Part shown: in pieces, positions 6,952-18,052 of the stretch
Numbering within the stretch: position 1 is the stretch's first letter
Layout: each line of letters starts with the position of its first letter
IMG/VR virus record: IMGVR_UViG_3300050029_000207
Coordinates: 1-58,746 of that record
Reading direction: 5' to 3' (one strand)
Length of the DNA: 58,746 bases
Source of the DNA: a virus
Lineage: Duplodnaviria; Caudoviricetes
Made by a program: the position numbers and the translations under genes
Notes under the pieces: generated by a model
Told to the model about the DNA's origin: nothing
Databases searched by the model: none
What the model saw: only the letters and a program-made list of their open reading frames with translations

Positions 6952-9506
6952 CAGTAGGCGATTACGTTGGTAATTATACCACCACCGATTTGAAAACTCA
7001 CACCGTGCGGCCCGACAGCGTTGGTGATGATTCCCGCCACAGTGCCGCTCCAACCGGCTTGTGCGCCAACAGCAAACCCGCTGGCGGTGACGGTGCCAGA
7101 ACTGATAAGCGCGGCTACGGAAACAGTCCCGTTATTCGATATGGACATCGCGTTAAATGGTCCGACGTTTTCTTTCCATGTTTTGAACAACCAGCCATAC
7201 GATGGCGTTAAGGTTTCTGTGACAGCAAAAATACCCTCTGATTCGTCCCCGATTGCCGGACTGACGACTGACAGAACTTCGTCCGCTGCCCCTACGGAAA
7301 ATGTCGGTGCCAAAACTTGGAAGCGTCTGGTGGCATTAGCAAGCCCGACTCCGACATTGCCGTTTGTGGTGCTTAGAACAGTTCCCTTCAACAGGTTTCC
7401 TGGAATTGCCCCATTCGCGTCGGCAATTACAGCCAAATCCGGCCGTATTGTGCCGGCCCCATGATCAAGCAACAGGCCGTTCCCCCCAAGCAAAGTGTTC
7501 CAGCCCACACTTGTCGCTGTCGCGTTTGCACTAACAGTAATCGCCGAATCGGCGGTGCGGGAGTTGTAACCAGTGAAGGTGTTTTTCCAGATTTTAGCAC
7601 CTGTAACATATCCAAGGTAAATGCTGTTTGTGCAGTAATCCCAGTTGAGCAAATTGTTTTCAATAATTGGGTCTGTGACCAGAACGGAAGCCGTGCCATT
7701 CAGCATAAGCCAGGATTGATTGGTTGCTCCAGCATTGCACTGAATGTCGTTTGCAGCAATGACAGGCTTCAGGTTGCGCCAAACGGTCAGTGCGGGCGCG
7801 GCACCAATGTAATTGTTTTTTGAATAAACGAACCCGCCGGCACCCGGCACCATGTCAACACTTGTTCCAAGTCCGTTGGGGAAACTGTTGTCCTCGATTA
7901 TCAGGGTGTCGCTGACGTTCGTTACGGTTATTTTATTTAGAAGAAAAGTGTTGTGCTTAATGCTGAAGCAAGTGACCTGCGCGTCAGCATCGGCAGAAAT
8001 AAAAACATTGCAGTCTTGGCCGAAATAGCAGTTTTCAATCGCACTCTCAATGATGCTGCCACTCGCAGAACCGTTAATTGAAATTGCGTTTGTAACTGTT
8101 CCAAAGAAACTGAAACCAGAAATTGACTGGCGACTGAATGAGCCACAGTTCGTGATTGTAATAATGTTAGTCACGTAGTAGCCAACAAAGGTGGCGTTAT
8201 CTCCGACCAGAGTATTTGCGTTCGTCAGCACAAGTCCATTCGTGACGATTCCATAAGTCCCCTTTGGAAAAAAGAGTGTGCAGTTTTTATAGTTGTTCAA
8301 AAACCACTGAGTGGCTGGACCATCATTTGCAATGCCATCACCTTTTACCGAGCCAAAAGATTTGATATTAACCCATGTGTTGGTGATGAGGTTTGCTGCG
8401 TTTTGATTCGTAACTCCAGCCCCATTCCCACTAAACGAGGTCGCCGACACTGTGCCCAGTGTCGCGTTTCCGCCATTCGTCACCGATGCTGAAAGGATGT
8501 TTGAATCTTGCGCCGTCACACCGTTGGCCGCTTGGACGCCGGTCAAGGCCGAGCCATTGTTCGCCGCGAGCAGAGACAGCGCGGCGTTCGTCGGCTGAAA
8601 CGAGTTGGTGGCTCCAGTCCCGGAGATCATTTGGTTCACGGATACGCCGTGGTCGTTGGTTCCTGCGCCCACGTTGCCGATGTAATTTCCCGCCGCGCTG
8701 ATGGATGCTTTGCCGCTGGCGAAACTGGTGATGCCGTTGGACGCGAAACTGACCCCGTTCACGGAAGCGTCCCCATTCTCGTCAAGCAAGAAAATGCCGT
8801 TCGCGTTTTCCAACGCCACCTGGTTTGGATTGGCGGTTGTGCCGAGCCGCAGTTTCGTTCCCCATTGGTCCGGCCCGATAATGGTGGTGTAGTTGGTGCT
8901 GTGGCCGTCAATCGTCCCGGTGTTTTTCAGCGTGATGACCCCCGTGGCGTCCGTCACCACGCTCGAATCAACCGCCAGCACATTCGTCCCGCCGACGTTG
9001 GTCGAAGTCAGGCCGGTGCCGGCGGAAATGATAGAAGAAGAATATACCGCAAGCTTTGAATCAATTTGCGACATCGTATAGTAATTTGTTGCCGGATCAA
9101 TTGGCAGTTTCCCACTTCCTATCAGCGATGCAATTGGAACCGTGTTCGACAATCCCGCCGGAACGGTGACAGTCCAGGCAGTTCCACTGCCATCATTTGC
9201 ATAAAGCTTGTATCTTCCCCACAAGATGTTGGTGAATGAGAAATATCCGCTTGTTGATTCTTGAGCAAGAATAGGATCATCGCTAACAAGATTCCCATTC
9301 CATGTCCTGTTGACTGGATATATGATCTCAAGAACCATTTGAACATTTGTGTTAGGCTGAAGTCCAAAGTTGGTTGAGCGGCCAGATAGGACATTTGCCT
9401 GCGCTCGGCACACGAGGCAGGAGGCAAGCACAAGCAGGAAAACTGAAAATGCTTTCATTGGATAAATTTGCCTCAGTTTCAATGATAAGGAAAGTTTTTT
9501 GTTCAT
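6951..9506 (-). CDS. tailspike-like beta-helix (pectate lyase superfamily) protein with signal peptide; possible start 9458
   Basis: VNIKSFGSVKGDGIANDGPA...LFFPKGTY; Asn-ladder repeats; MKAFSVFLLVLASCLVCRAQA. Confidence 0.75.
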   Translation of the reverse strand: MNKKLSLSLKLRQIYPMKAFSVFLLVLASCLVCRAQANVLSGRSTNFGLQPNTNVQMVLEIIYPVNRTWNGNLVSDDPILAQESTSGYFSFTNILWGRYKLYANDGSGTAWTVTVPAGLSNTVPIASLIGSGKLPIDPATNYYTMSQIDSKLAVYSSSIISAGTGLTSTNVGGTNVLAVDSSVVTDATGVITLKNTGTIDGHSTNYTTIIGPDQWGTKLRLGTTANPNQVALENANGIFLLDENGDASVNGVSFASNGITSFASGKASISAAGNYIGNVGAGTNDHGVSVNQMISGTGATNSFQPTNAALSLLAANNGSALTGVQAANGVTAQDSNILSASVTNGGNATLGTVSATSFSGNGAGVTNQNAANLITNTWVNIKSFGSVKGDGIANDGPATQWFLNNYKNCTLFFPKGTYGIVTNGLVLTNANTLVGDNATFVGYYVTNIITITNCGSFSRQSISGFSFFGTVTNAISINGSASGSIIESAIENCYFGQDCNVFISADADAQVTCFSIKHNTFLLNKITVTNVSDTLIIEDNSFPNGLGTSVDMVPGAGGFVYSKNNYIGAAPALTVWRNLKPVIAANDIQCNAGATNQSWLMLNGTASVLVTDPIIENNLLNWDYCTNSIYLGYVTGAKIWKNTFTGYNSRTADSAITVSANATATSVGWNTLLGGNGLLLDHGAGTIRPDLAVIADANGAIPGNLLKGTVLSTTNGNVGVGLANATRRFQVLAPTFSVGAADEVLSVVSPAIGDESEGIFAVTETLTPSYGWLFKTWKENVGPFNAMSISNNGTVSVAALISSGTVTASGFAVGAQAGWSGTVAGIITNAVGPHGVSFQIGGGIITNVIAY

Positions 9507-9509
9507 GAT

Positions 9510-11738
9510 TTATTGTTCAATCTGCGAATCAACCACCGTCACGCTCGCCCCGGTGCCGGAAACGTCCGTGATGGAATTGATCGTGTTGGGATTCACCGGC
9601 AGCGACCAGAGGTTTGTCGTCGTTGCAACGGCCAAGAATCCCAGCGGAGTCAGCGTATTTGTTCCACGGCCTGGTCGCTGAATGCGAAAGGCGGGCGTGC
9701 CGGTTTCCGCCGAAACAAGCTGGAGCGAGAAAACCCAGGTGCCAACCGTTGCGCCGTTCGTGATGGTCGCCGTTGTGCTACGCTGGGAAATTGTCAGCGG
9801 CTGCGGATCGTAAATCGAAACGGAAATTGTTGGTTGGCCGGCGAAGGTGTAATCGCCGATCAAGGTTGGGGAATACGAGCCGGGATAATTCGTTGCTCCA
9901 AAGACCATTGTCGCGTCATTCGTCACCATCAGGTAGCCAAGCAGATTGCTTGAAACTGCACCAGGTCCGATATTATAGGTTCCCGGCATCAACAGCTTGT
10001 AGCCGCTGGAAACATTCACAAATTCTCCGTTGTAGTTGTTTGTCCAGATGCCGTTGTAGTTGGTTTCAAAGCCGGTGCCGTTTCTTGCGAACAGCTTGCT
10101 GAATGTGCGCTGGTAGCTTGATCCAATTCCGTTTGGAGAATTGATGGCCACGCCATTAAGCATTACCGGCCCACCATCAAAATTAAATCCGTTGGCGGCA
10201 TAAGCGTTGAATGTGTTGTTGGTCAGGCTGGCGTATGGAGCACCGCCGCTGTCCGGGATGGGGGTGCCGTCAGACCAAACAAACGTCTCGTCGTGAAGCG
10301 CGCGAGCAGTGTTGCCTAGCGCCGTGCTATGCAAGCCGGATGCGGTGTTGCCATACCCGATGGATACGCTGCCACCACCCGATGCGATAGATACCCCTAA
10401 AGCGGTCGCGTAACCCGCCGACGCCGACGACTGACCGGCGGCGAAGGCGTAAGAACCAGATGCGTGAGAGAAGCCAAAGGCCGTGTCGTCAATCGAAGGG
10501 TATGAATCCACAGTCGAATTTGCCGACCGGACGCTAATCCCAAGCACGGACTCCAATCCGCCGTAAATGTTCGTAATCAAATTTCCGGGATCAAATGGCG
10601 GATTGCCTCCAGACAAAGGAACGCCATTGACGGAAAATCCAAAAGTTGAATCCACGTTGCCAGAAACCTTCAGCGCATTGGTGCCGGGATCGTTGATGTT
10701 GATGGCTACGCCGTTGCTTGAGTGAATCAGGAAAGTGAAATCTTTCGCCGACGTGAAAGTTCCGGCGGTGCCATCGTTCCAAGCCCAGACTCCGCTGTTT
10801 CCGCTGATGTTGTTGCTCACGCCGCACGCAAATGAGTTGTTGGCGAAGGTGGTCGAACTGTCAATCAGGTTGTTTCTCCCGCCGACGATAGTTGAGTAAT
10901 CGGCATGGCCGAGATTTATGTGGCTGTTGATGTAGTTGTTGTTGCCGCCAAAGATTGCGCTGCCCTCGACGTTCTGCGAGATGTCGTTGGACGACCCGCC
11001 AAGCGTCGCGGTCCACCATTCGCCGTAAATCTGGCCATTATTAAATCCAATGTTCACGCCACCTTTGGCAGCTCCACCAGAATTTCTCTCGGATGACATT
11101 GACAACACGTCCAGTTCGTTCGATGGGTCGTAAGCGTGTGTTTTGCTGAATGAGATTGTAATCGCGTTGTGCAGACTGGTGTTTGTGCCAGTGCCGTTCA
11201 AAAGCGGAATGGCGTTGGATGCAATGCTGCCGGCAAGTGAAGCGATGACATTTGACCCGGTGGCCGACAGTCCGGCCAGATTCGTGTTGATGGCCGAGTA
11301 AAGCAGGTTGGACTGCGCGGCGGTCAGGCCGCTGCCGGTTCCGCCACTGGGCGCTGCCCAGTAGTAACCCGTCGCGTCGTTGGTCTTATAGGGAATCTGC
11401 CCGTTCGCCGTCGCACCGTTCGTTTTAACCACCGATGTCAGCAGCGCGAAGTTGCCGTTGATCTTGGCGAACGCGCCCGGCAGCGAGTCGCCCTTCTGGA
11501 TGTTGTTCGTTTTAACTGACTGTGCCGGCCCTGATACCACCGCGTTGGTGATGACGAGGACACTGTTGGAATACACGTTTGCATTCGTCATCACGAAAGC
11601 CGTGAGTGTGTTGGTCAGGCTGTTGGTCGTCAGCGTGGACGTATCCACAACCTGAAACGTGAGTCCGGCGCGCATCTTCGTTGCCAGCAAAAGAATCACC
11701 AGCGTTATCAGAATTAATAGTGTTTTTTTCATAATCAA
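9510..11738 (-). CDS. fibre/adhesin-like protein with signal peptide and YadA-head-like repeats
   Basis: MKKTLLILITLVILLLATKMRA; repeats ASGSYAFAAG/ASGGGSVSIG/ASGLHSTALG. Confidence 0.7.
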   Translation of the reverse strand: MIMKKTLLILITLVILLLATKMRAGLTFQVVDTSTLTTNSLTNTLTAFVMTNANVYSNSVLVITNAVVSGPAQSVKTNNIQKGDSLPGAFAKINGNFALLTSVVKTNGATANGQIPYKTNDATGYYWAAPSGGTGSGLTAAQSNLLYSAINTNLAGLSATGSNVIASLAGSIASNAIPLLNGTGTNTSLHNAITISFSKTHAYDPSNELDVLSMSSERNSGGAAKGGVNIGFNNGQIYGEWWTATLGGSSNDISQNVEGSAIFGGNNNYINSHINLGHADYSTIVGGRNNLIDSSTTFANNSFACGVSNNISGNSGVWAWNDGTAGTFTSAKDFTFLIHSSNGVAININDPGTNALKVSGNVDSTFGFSVNGVPLSGGNPPFDPGNLITNIYGGLESVLGISVRSANSTVDSYPSIDDTAFGFSHASGSYAFAAGQSSASAGYATALGVSIASGGGSVSIGYGNTASGLHSTALGNTARALHDETFVWSDGTPIPDSGGAPYASLTNNTFNAYAANGFNFDGGPVMLNGVAINSPNGIGSSYQRTFSKLFARNGTGFETNYNGIWTNNYNGEFVNVSSGYKLLMPGTYNIGPGAVSSNLLGYLMVTNDATMVFGATNYPGSYSPTLIGDYTFAGQPTISVSIYDPQPLTISQRSTTATITNGATVGTWVFSLQLVSAETGTPAFRIQRPGRGTNTLTPLGFLAVATTTNLWSLPVNPNTINSITDVSGTGASVTVVDSQIEQ

Positions 11739-14700
11739 ATCATCGGTCCGCCGCCATCACCGCCTGCGCCTTCATTGCCGTCGTCGCCCGCGCCACCTGT
11801 GCCGCCCGCGCCAGTCGTGACGTTGCCGCCGCCAAGCTGCCCGCCAATCAGCGTCAACACGTTCGCCAGATCGTCGTAAAGCTCCCGGAATAGCGGGAAG
11901 ACAACTGAGGACTGGATGGGATATTTCAGGACATTTGTAACAGCCTCACTCCACCAAACTGGATCGCTAAGGGCATGATTCAAATTCCCGGCTTGCTGGC
12001 TTTGGTATCCAACATCAAGTGCGTCTTTGGCAAAATCATCGAGCGCATACGTCTTGGCCGCGTCCCATAATTGCGTGCCGGTGGGATAAAGTATTTCCGG
12101 CTTTGGCCATGCCCAGCCAGCCTTGGAAACAGCCATCATGTTCCTAAAGCTCAAGGCGTATTGGAAGAATGTTGGAACAGGCTGGCTGTAAAGCAAAGTT
12201 TCAGAACCTTCGGGTTGATCTTTAAATGGAGACTGCCCAGTCCCATACATTCTGTTCCAAAATATCGGCTGAAAATTCGCCCACGCCTCAAGCATGATTT
12301 GCGCGCTGCATTGGTAAATCAATTCGTTCCCGCCCACGACCGGCAGGAACACCTTCACGTCGCCGCTGTCCCGCGCCGTGGCCGGAATGCTGATGGTGAG
12401 GTTTGTGGTTCCGTCCGCCAGTTTCAACGGCGTGAACGTCGTCGTGTTTGCGCCCGCATTGTAGATGTTCTGGCCCAGCGTGATGGTCAGGGCGGGGCCG
12501 GACAACGGCACATAGGAAATGCCGTTGGGATTCAGGATCGGCAACCGGGTCGCCCGCACGCTGAAGATGCAGTAACCCATCTTCGGAATGGGCTTGGCGC
12601 TGATCGGATCGCCATTACCCCACGTCCCGGCGAACTGAGAAAAATTACCCGGTGTGCCATTGATGTTGAAGCTGAAACATTCCGCCGCGTCCGCAAGATC
12701 GCGAGCCGTCCACCAAGTTGCATTCGGCGGCGTGTTCCCGGTGTTTCCGCCGGCCTTGCTGGTGTAAGCATTGCCATCACCTATTTGCGCGGGTTCCTTG
12801 TCGGCATAGGTCTTGGTAACGTCGAAATACGGCGTGGCGGGCGGGAAGTAATTTCTTTCCGGCACGCCTATGTCCATTTCCGTGTAGAGGTCGTATTCTA
12901 CCGCGCCCACGCCGGTATTATAGACCGCAAAAGCAAATCCGGTTCCTGAGACGGTTGCAAGGTATGACCCGCCACCGTCCGGGTCTATGGTCACTTCATT
13001 GTTGGTTGTTTGGAAATCGAAACCCACCGGCAAAGTCGGGTAGCCTGATTGCTTCACCAAGATGTTCAGCGCGACGGCAAGCGGCTCGCCCCATTGCCAC
13101 ACTCCGGTTCCCGCGTTCCATTTCCAGCCCGGAACGGTCCCCGCCTGCACCAGCCTGAGGTAAATCTTGGTGATGCTTGGCGAAACGGCGATGTTGTAAT
13201 AATTCAGTGCTCCACCGGCCACTATTCGATTCCGATACACCGTGACGGTTGGCGCGGCCATTTGGGCGCGTGAGGCGTTGAAACCAAGATTCCACGGAAC
13301 AAAATCAGTGTCCCGGCGCGTAAGCCACTTGGCCGCGCGCGTGGTGATGCCCGGCTTGACGCTGTTCACGCCATCAACCAGCGTCTCTGTGGTTGGACTA
13401 AGCTGGATTGGTGCAGCCTGCCGCATGGAACTGGCCCACGGAGCAGCGGATGGATTAGGAGATTGTCGCCCAATCATCATGCCGTTCCCAGCGACGGCAA
13501 TATTTAAGTAGATCGGCCCAAGCTCTGACGACTCGAATGCAGAAACTATTTTCCCAATGTAAGGCGGAATGTCCGCGTCAATGAAGACGTTGTTGCCGGG
13601 AGATGGGAGGGTGATGGCCGTCCAGATGCCTTTCACTGAAGGATCGGAAAGAATCCACACATGCTCCGCCACTGTTCCGTTAAGAGAAAACGCATCGCCG
13701 TCTGGAACATCCACGCACAAGATTGCTTTCACTGCCGAGGCCGGATGCAGTCCGTTGACAACAACCTGCGTTGATGCCGTTGAAAACACCATGTCGGCGG
13801 TTAATGCTACATTAGCGATTGTATATGCCAGTGTTGCATTTCTGGTAAGCGTGTCAGAGATTGCAGAACTTGGAGGACCTCCGATTGTGATGCTTGTCGC
13901 ATCGGCGGCAACTATGATATGGCCGCCGGCACCACCAGTATTAAGAGTCCAGTCGGTGCCGTAGCAGTGAAGCGGAACACCGTCCCAACCACTGAAATTG
14001 CCAGCTACCGTATAATGGCCGGAGCCATCATAAGACGATCCACGCGGAATAAGGTTTAATCCTATGTAGTAGGTAAAGCTTCCAGATGATGAAATAGAAG
14101 TGCTTGAACTACCTATTAGAATATAATGGTTAACTCCACCAAGAGGATCGTTGATAATGGACAGGCTTGGGGCCGTCACACCAGACGCAACAACAACAAA
14201 ATCAGCGGTGGTGGGCGTTCCGCTGCAAATAAAGTGCAGCCACGATGTCAGCTTCAGTGTTCCGCTTCCAGAAAGCGTATAATTGAACACACCATCACCC
14301 GCCAAAACAACCCGCAGTGCCGTATCAATCGTCAATCCCGCCGGCATGTCTGCCGCGACGAAATCTACTTCCTTGAATAATGGAAGGCCGGTTGCCCAAT
14401 ATTCAGTGACGAATCCACCGCCAGAAAATACTTCGACAGCCCTTGTCAATTCCCCGCGCAATGCTCCGCGATAGGGTATTGCAGTGTAGTGCAGCGGATA
14501 TGTGTCATCGTCGCTGACTCCCACCACCCACGGCCCGGAATTTACGCTGGCCGTATTCAAGTAAAGCGACTCGCCACCGGGAAAGGCCGCACCATTGAAA
14601 CCAAGCAGCAGCGCCATTGCATCCCCGCGAATACGGTTCAACTCGCAAAGGTGGTTGCTTGTGGACAGCGCCAGCGTGACCGTGACCGGCATTCCAGACA

Positions 14701-15160
14701 AGCCTTGGAACGTCACCGTCGTCCCCGCTGTCAGGTGGAGATTGTTGGTGGAGTAATCATAGATGAACGCCCCTTCTCCCCATAATGAAACCACGGTGGG
14801 CGGGGGAACGGTCATTGAAATGTCGTTCGCGCCCAGCACGAGGTTGTAATCACCAGCAGAAGCAACCGTCAAAGAATAATTTCCACTGCCGTCATAAACC
14901 GCCGTGGGCGACACCAGCGGAACACTGACAACCGGCGCGAACGAATAAGGCGGCTGCGGATTCACGGGAATTCCCGGATTGATGTCCTCGCTGATTATGC
15001 CGGATGCCAGAGCGCTTTGCCATTTCGAGTAGGCATTATTAAGAAAAGGAGCGCCTGGGGTCGTGTAGAACTGCGCATGAATCGCGTTCACAATCGGCAG
15101 CAAGACCGCATTGGCGTCTGCCGCCAGCGCGTCAAGTTCGGCTTGGGTGATGTAGTTCAT
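11735..15160 (-). CDS. large tail/receptor-binding protein with CBM5/12-like modules
   Basis: start MNYITQ overlaps upstream stop; FDVTKTY...PPNATWW and WDAAKTY...DPVWW motifs. Confidence 0.65.
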   Translation of the reverse strand: MNYITQAELDALAADANAVLLPIVNAIHAQFYTTPGAPFLNNAYSKWQSALASGIISEDINPGIPVNPQPPYSFAPVVSVPLVSPTAVYDGSGNYSLTVASAGDYNLVLGANDISMTVPPPTVVSLWGEGAFIYDYSTNNLHLTAGTTVTFQGLSGMPVTVTLALSTSNHLCELNRIRGDAMALLLGFNGAAFPGGESLYLNTASVNSGPWVVGVSDDDTYPLHYTAIPYRGALRGELTRAVEVFSGGGFVTEYWATGLPLFKEVDFVAADMPAGLTIDTALRVVLAGDGVFNYTLSGSGTLKLTSWLHFICSGTPTTADFVVVASGVTAPSLSIINDPLGGVNHYILIGSSSTSISSSGSFTYYIGLNLIPRGSSYDGSGHYTVAGNFSGWDGVPLHCYGTDWTLNTGGAGGHIIVAADATSITIGGPPSSAISDTLTRNATLAYTIANVALTADMVFSTASTQVVVNGLHPASAVKAILCVDVPDGDAFSLNGTVAEHVWILSDPSVKGIWTAITLPSPGNNVFIDADIPPYIGKIVSAFESSELGPIYLNIAVAGNGMMIGRQSPNPSAAPWASSMRQAAPIQLSPTTETLVDGVNSVKPGITTRAAKWLTRRDTDFVPWNLGFNASRAQMAAPTVTVYRNRIVAGGALNYYNIAVSPSITKIYLRLVQAGTVPGWKWNAGTGVWQWGEPLAVALNILVKQSGYPTLPVGFDFQTTNNEVTIDPDGGGSYLATVSGTGFAFAVYNTGVGAVEYDLYTEMDIGVPERNYFPPATPYFDVTKTYADKEPAQIGDGNAYTSKAGGNTGNTPPNATWWTARDLADAAECFSFNINGTPGNFSQFAGTWGNGDPISAKPIPKMGYCIFSVRATRLPILNPNGISYVPLSGPALTITLGQNIYNAGANTTTFTPLKLADGTTNLTISIPATARDSGDVKVFLPVVGGNELIYQCSAQIMLEAWANFQPIFWNRMYGTGQSPFKDQPEGSETLLYSQPVPTFFQYALSFRNMMAVSKAGWAWPKPEILYPTGTQLWDAAKTYALDDFAKDALDVGYQSQQAGNLNHALSDPVWWSEAVTNVLKYPIQSSVVFPLFRELYDDLANVLTLIGGQLGGGNVTTGAGGTGGAGDDGNEGAGGDGGGPMI

Positions 15161-15582
15161 GTCATCCAAGCTCCCATGACCGGCGCGTTTCCAGACAGGC
15201 TTAACCAGTAGAGATTCCCGGTGTCTGGCATGGTCGGATTCTGACCGGTGTGATCTATCAGGCAAAGGAACTCGCCCGCATTCGCTCCCGCCCGGATGAC
15301 CGTCCGCTGGTGCGCCTTGTATGATCTGGTTGGGTCCCATTCCCCGGTGTCGAGCGAGTCGCTGGAACTTCCTCCTGATCCACCAAGGATTCTTCTCCTG
15401 ATCTTTTCAACTGATCTTGCAAGATTCCTTATCGCCTCGCTATCAGAACTGTTTTGATTGTTTACCTTGTTAGATCTGATATATTGGCGAAGAACAGAAT
15501 CCGGTTCTCGCAATGAAGTGAGTCCGCTCAACTCGTGCGCAATTGGTAGAGATACGTTTCTTTGTGGGCTAACCTTTATCAT
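15157..15582 (-). CDS. tail protein with CBM5/12-like C-terminus
   Basis: GEWDPTRSY...FLCLIDHTGQNP...YW. Confidence 0.6.
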   Translation of the reverse strand: MIKVSPQRNVSLPIAHELSGLTSLREPDSVLRQYIRSNKVNNQNSSDSEAIRNLARSVEKIRRRILGGSGGSSSDSLDTGEWDPTRSYKAHQRTVIRAGANAGEFLCLIDHTGQNPTMPDTGNLYWLSLSGNAPVMGAWMT

Positions 15583-15583
15583 A

Positions 15584-16888
15584 TCATGAAAGGATCACCC
15601 TGTTGTAATCAGAAGCAAATCGCGGCCTGCCATTCTGATTGAATAAATCAGCGTCCCAGCAGCCAACTGGCGCACCAAGCCATTTGCGAGTCACCTTGAA
15701 AAATGTTCTGTTGAACTCCAGGGTATCCGCCTGACGCAGCCAGGAAATCTTTGTCCCGCCACCACGCTGCCCGGTCACGCTGTAGTATTGCGGATTGATC
15801 TGGCCAATATTGTCAAAAATGGTTGATCCGTCCGGTATACGCTGCGGACAGTAAAAGAAGTCTGGAAGACCTGGAGTTGCCTCGATTGGGTTTTCGATGT
15901 AACTGCCAAGATTCACTGTTATCGGCCGCCAGTAGTATTCAGCCCATACAAGCTCCAGGCCGTAAACCGGCGGAGAATCTTCCATCCTCCATATCTTGGT
16001 AAGCAACTCCTGAGCCGCTGCCATGGCCAGAGCAACCTTTCCGTTTGGATCAGAGCTAAGCGTCAGAGAGAAGTAGGTGTAATAAATCGGAGGATTTGGC
16101 TGTCCTTGAATTGTCGCAGCTGGCGGGTAGGGCAAGCCTGAAAAATCACTTCCAATTGCAGGCGCTGCGGTTGCATTCAGTAACGAGTTGAAGTTTGGAT
16201 TCGCCACTGCGTAAACCTGATGGCCCGTCACAAGATTATTAAGAATCAGGTCGTGGTAAAAACCGGAAGTATTGTTGAGAACGTCCTGTGGTGGAACAAG
16301 TGGATTCTCTTTGTAAGCCTGAATTGCTCGAATGATTGTTGACTTCACCGCATTTTGAACAGGGGTGTCTTCGACAATGTAAGACGGGAGCGGATGAGGA
16401 ATCTGATTGGTTGGCATCAGCGCGTAAAAGTAGCGCGGATTCTTCATGATGTCAAGGCCAAGATTAACAGTGTTAATCTGGAACTCGTCCGGAGGACTGT
16501 CGAAACTCAACGCCTCGCAAACTAAATCAAGCTGACCAACCTCGCCCTTTCCGGCGAGCCTTGTAAGCGTTGTGTTGAGAACTCGGTAGTAATTATTTCC
16601 AGAATCAACAACCAGTGTCCCGCGTGGATAAACAGCCCAGCGGTTAAGCATCTCGGGATAGCTTCCGGTAAAGCTCTTCCTGATCGTGCACTGCTCCGCA
16701 CGCTCCATCGTCGGAGAACTTGAAAGCTCCTGAATCGGTATTGAATTATACCCAACGCCAAGTCCGGACTCGTAGGTGATCGCATTTGTTGGAGTTGGCG
16801 TGCCTAGCCTTCCACTTAATCCGTCGGCACGATCACTCCCGTGCGGGAGATTATCGAACGATGGGGTCTGGCTTGGAACACTTGGCAT
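15584..16888 (-). CDS. putative tail/baseplate protein
   Basis: 434-aa ORF downstream of tape measure; position only. Confidence 0.5.
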   Translation of the reverse strand: MPSVPSQTPSFDNLPHGSDRADGLSGRLGTPTPTNAITYESGLGVGYNSIPIQELSSSPTMERAEQCTIRKSFTGSYPEMLNRWAVYPRGTLVVDSGNNYYRVLNTTLTRLAGKGEVGQLDLVCEALSFDSPPDEFQINTVNLGLDIMKNPRYFYALMPTNQIPHPLPSYIVEDTPVQNAVKSTIIRAIQAYKENPLVPPQDVLNNTSGFYHDLILNNLVTGHQVYAVANPNFNSLLNATAAPAIGSDFSGLPYPPAATIQGQPNPPIYYTYFSLTLSSDPNGKVALAMAAAQELLTKIWRMEDSPPVYGLELVWAEYYWRPITVNLGSYIENPIEATPGLPDFFYCPQRIPDGSTIFDNIGQINPQYYSVTGQRGGGTKISWLRQADTLEFNRTFFKVTRKWLGAPVGCWDADLFNQNGRPRFASDYNRVILS

Positions 16889-16891
16889 AAA

Positions 16892-18052
16892 TCAAGGAAC
16901 AGTTAAATTCACGACGTTGGTTGTTATTGATCCGTTTGTCAAGCCATAGCTTCCGGCGTTGTCGGTGATAATGCACTTGTAGTAATATCCACTCTTGGAT
17001 GTATCGGTAGGCGTTATTGTTAGGGTGCCTGGCGTAGCCACATTGTAGATTCCGGCAGTCGTCAGCGCAGACCCATACGTGATTCCGTCGGCAGATTCGT
17101 ACCAGGAATACGTCATTGTGTATTCGCTACCGCCAAGAGTGACAAACGATGCAGCCGCGACCGTTCCACTTGCAAGTGTTGCTGCTCCCCATGAAAGGTT
17201 GGCTGACGTCTCCGTGGTGGCGATTGCATTGCCGGCCAGCCCGGCGGTCAGAGCTGTTACCAGGAACGCGTGGCTTGTCACTGAGGAGGCTGCGCTGGCG
17301 AATGCGTTAGTCGCTGCGCACTTGTAGTCCGTGTCAGGGGTGCCGGTGTGATTTATAGCGCGAATCAGGTTCAGCAAAGCAGCGTTGCCGCCACCGTTCA
17401 GGAGAACCTGCCCCTCGGTTGGGGTTAACGCGGTCTTGAACGTGTAAACCTTGGTTCCAATTGTTACGGTGTCACCGTCGGATGGACCTGCCGCATTGTC
17501 CCAGGTCAGCGTTCCAACTGCGGAAGCTGTTGCAACGCAGGCGACGCTTGAAGGCTGCGTCAGCACAACTGGCGGGGTCCAGGTCAGATTCACCTCCTCA
17601 GTCAATGCGAGATTGATCACGTCGGCCAGGCTGAAGGCCACGGCGTAAGTCCCGCGCTTGACGAACACATATTCATCACTGATTTGCAGCTGGCGGCTGT
17701 AATTGGGATTCGCAGTCGGGAACTGACCAACCGTTACCAGCCGAGCAGGAAGCGAGGGAGTAACGGTAGCTGGAAATAGTGGAACGCCAAGCATCGGCGC
17801 TACAACAGTTCCAACCGCAGACGTTCCGCTTCCGGCAAGGGTTGCGCTGGTTGTTGTGGCGACAAATAGCCCTGTTGCCGAGGCACTCTTGGCAAAGGTT
17901 GCACCGCCAGCGAATGCGATTGAAGTGTCGTTCGCGCCCATTGAATAGTAATAATACTTCCCAACGACAAGCCCGGTCAGGGTGTAGCTTCCGGTGGAAT
18001 AGCTGACGGCAGGAACGACGTTTCCGGCAACGGTTGAAGATAAAGATTTCAT
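16892..18052 (-). CDS. virion structural protein with Ig-like segments
   Basis: DGDTVTIGTKVYTFK; YSWYES...YYYKCIITD. Confidence 0.65.
   Translation of the reverse strand: MKSLSSTVAGNVVPAVSYSTGSYTLTGLVVGKYYYYSMGANDTSIAFAGGATFAKSASATGLFVATTTSATLAGSGTSAVGTVVAPMLGVPLFPATVTPSLPARLVTVGQFPTANPNYSRQLQISDEYVFVKRGTYAVAFSLADVINLALTEEVNLTWTPPVVLTQPSSVACVATASAVGTLTWDNAAGPSDGDTVTIGTKVYTFKTALTPTEGQVLLNGGGNAALLNLIRAINHTGTPDTDYKCAATNAFASAASSVTSHAFLVTALTAGLAGNAIATTETSANLSWGAATLASGTVAAASFVTLGGSEYTMTYSWYESADGITYGSALTTAGIYNVATPGTLTITPTDTSKSGYYYKCIITDNAGSYGLTNGSITTNVVNLTVP

Noticed and set aside
6951-15160. Diversity-generating retroelement acting on tail fibres
   Set aside because: No reverse transcriptase and no TR/VR repeat pair noticed
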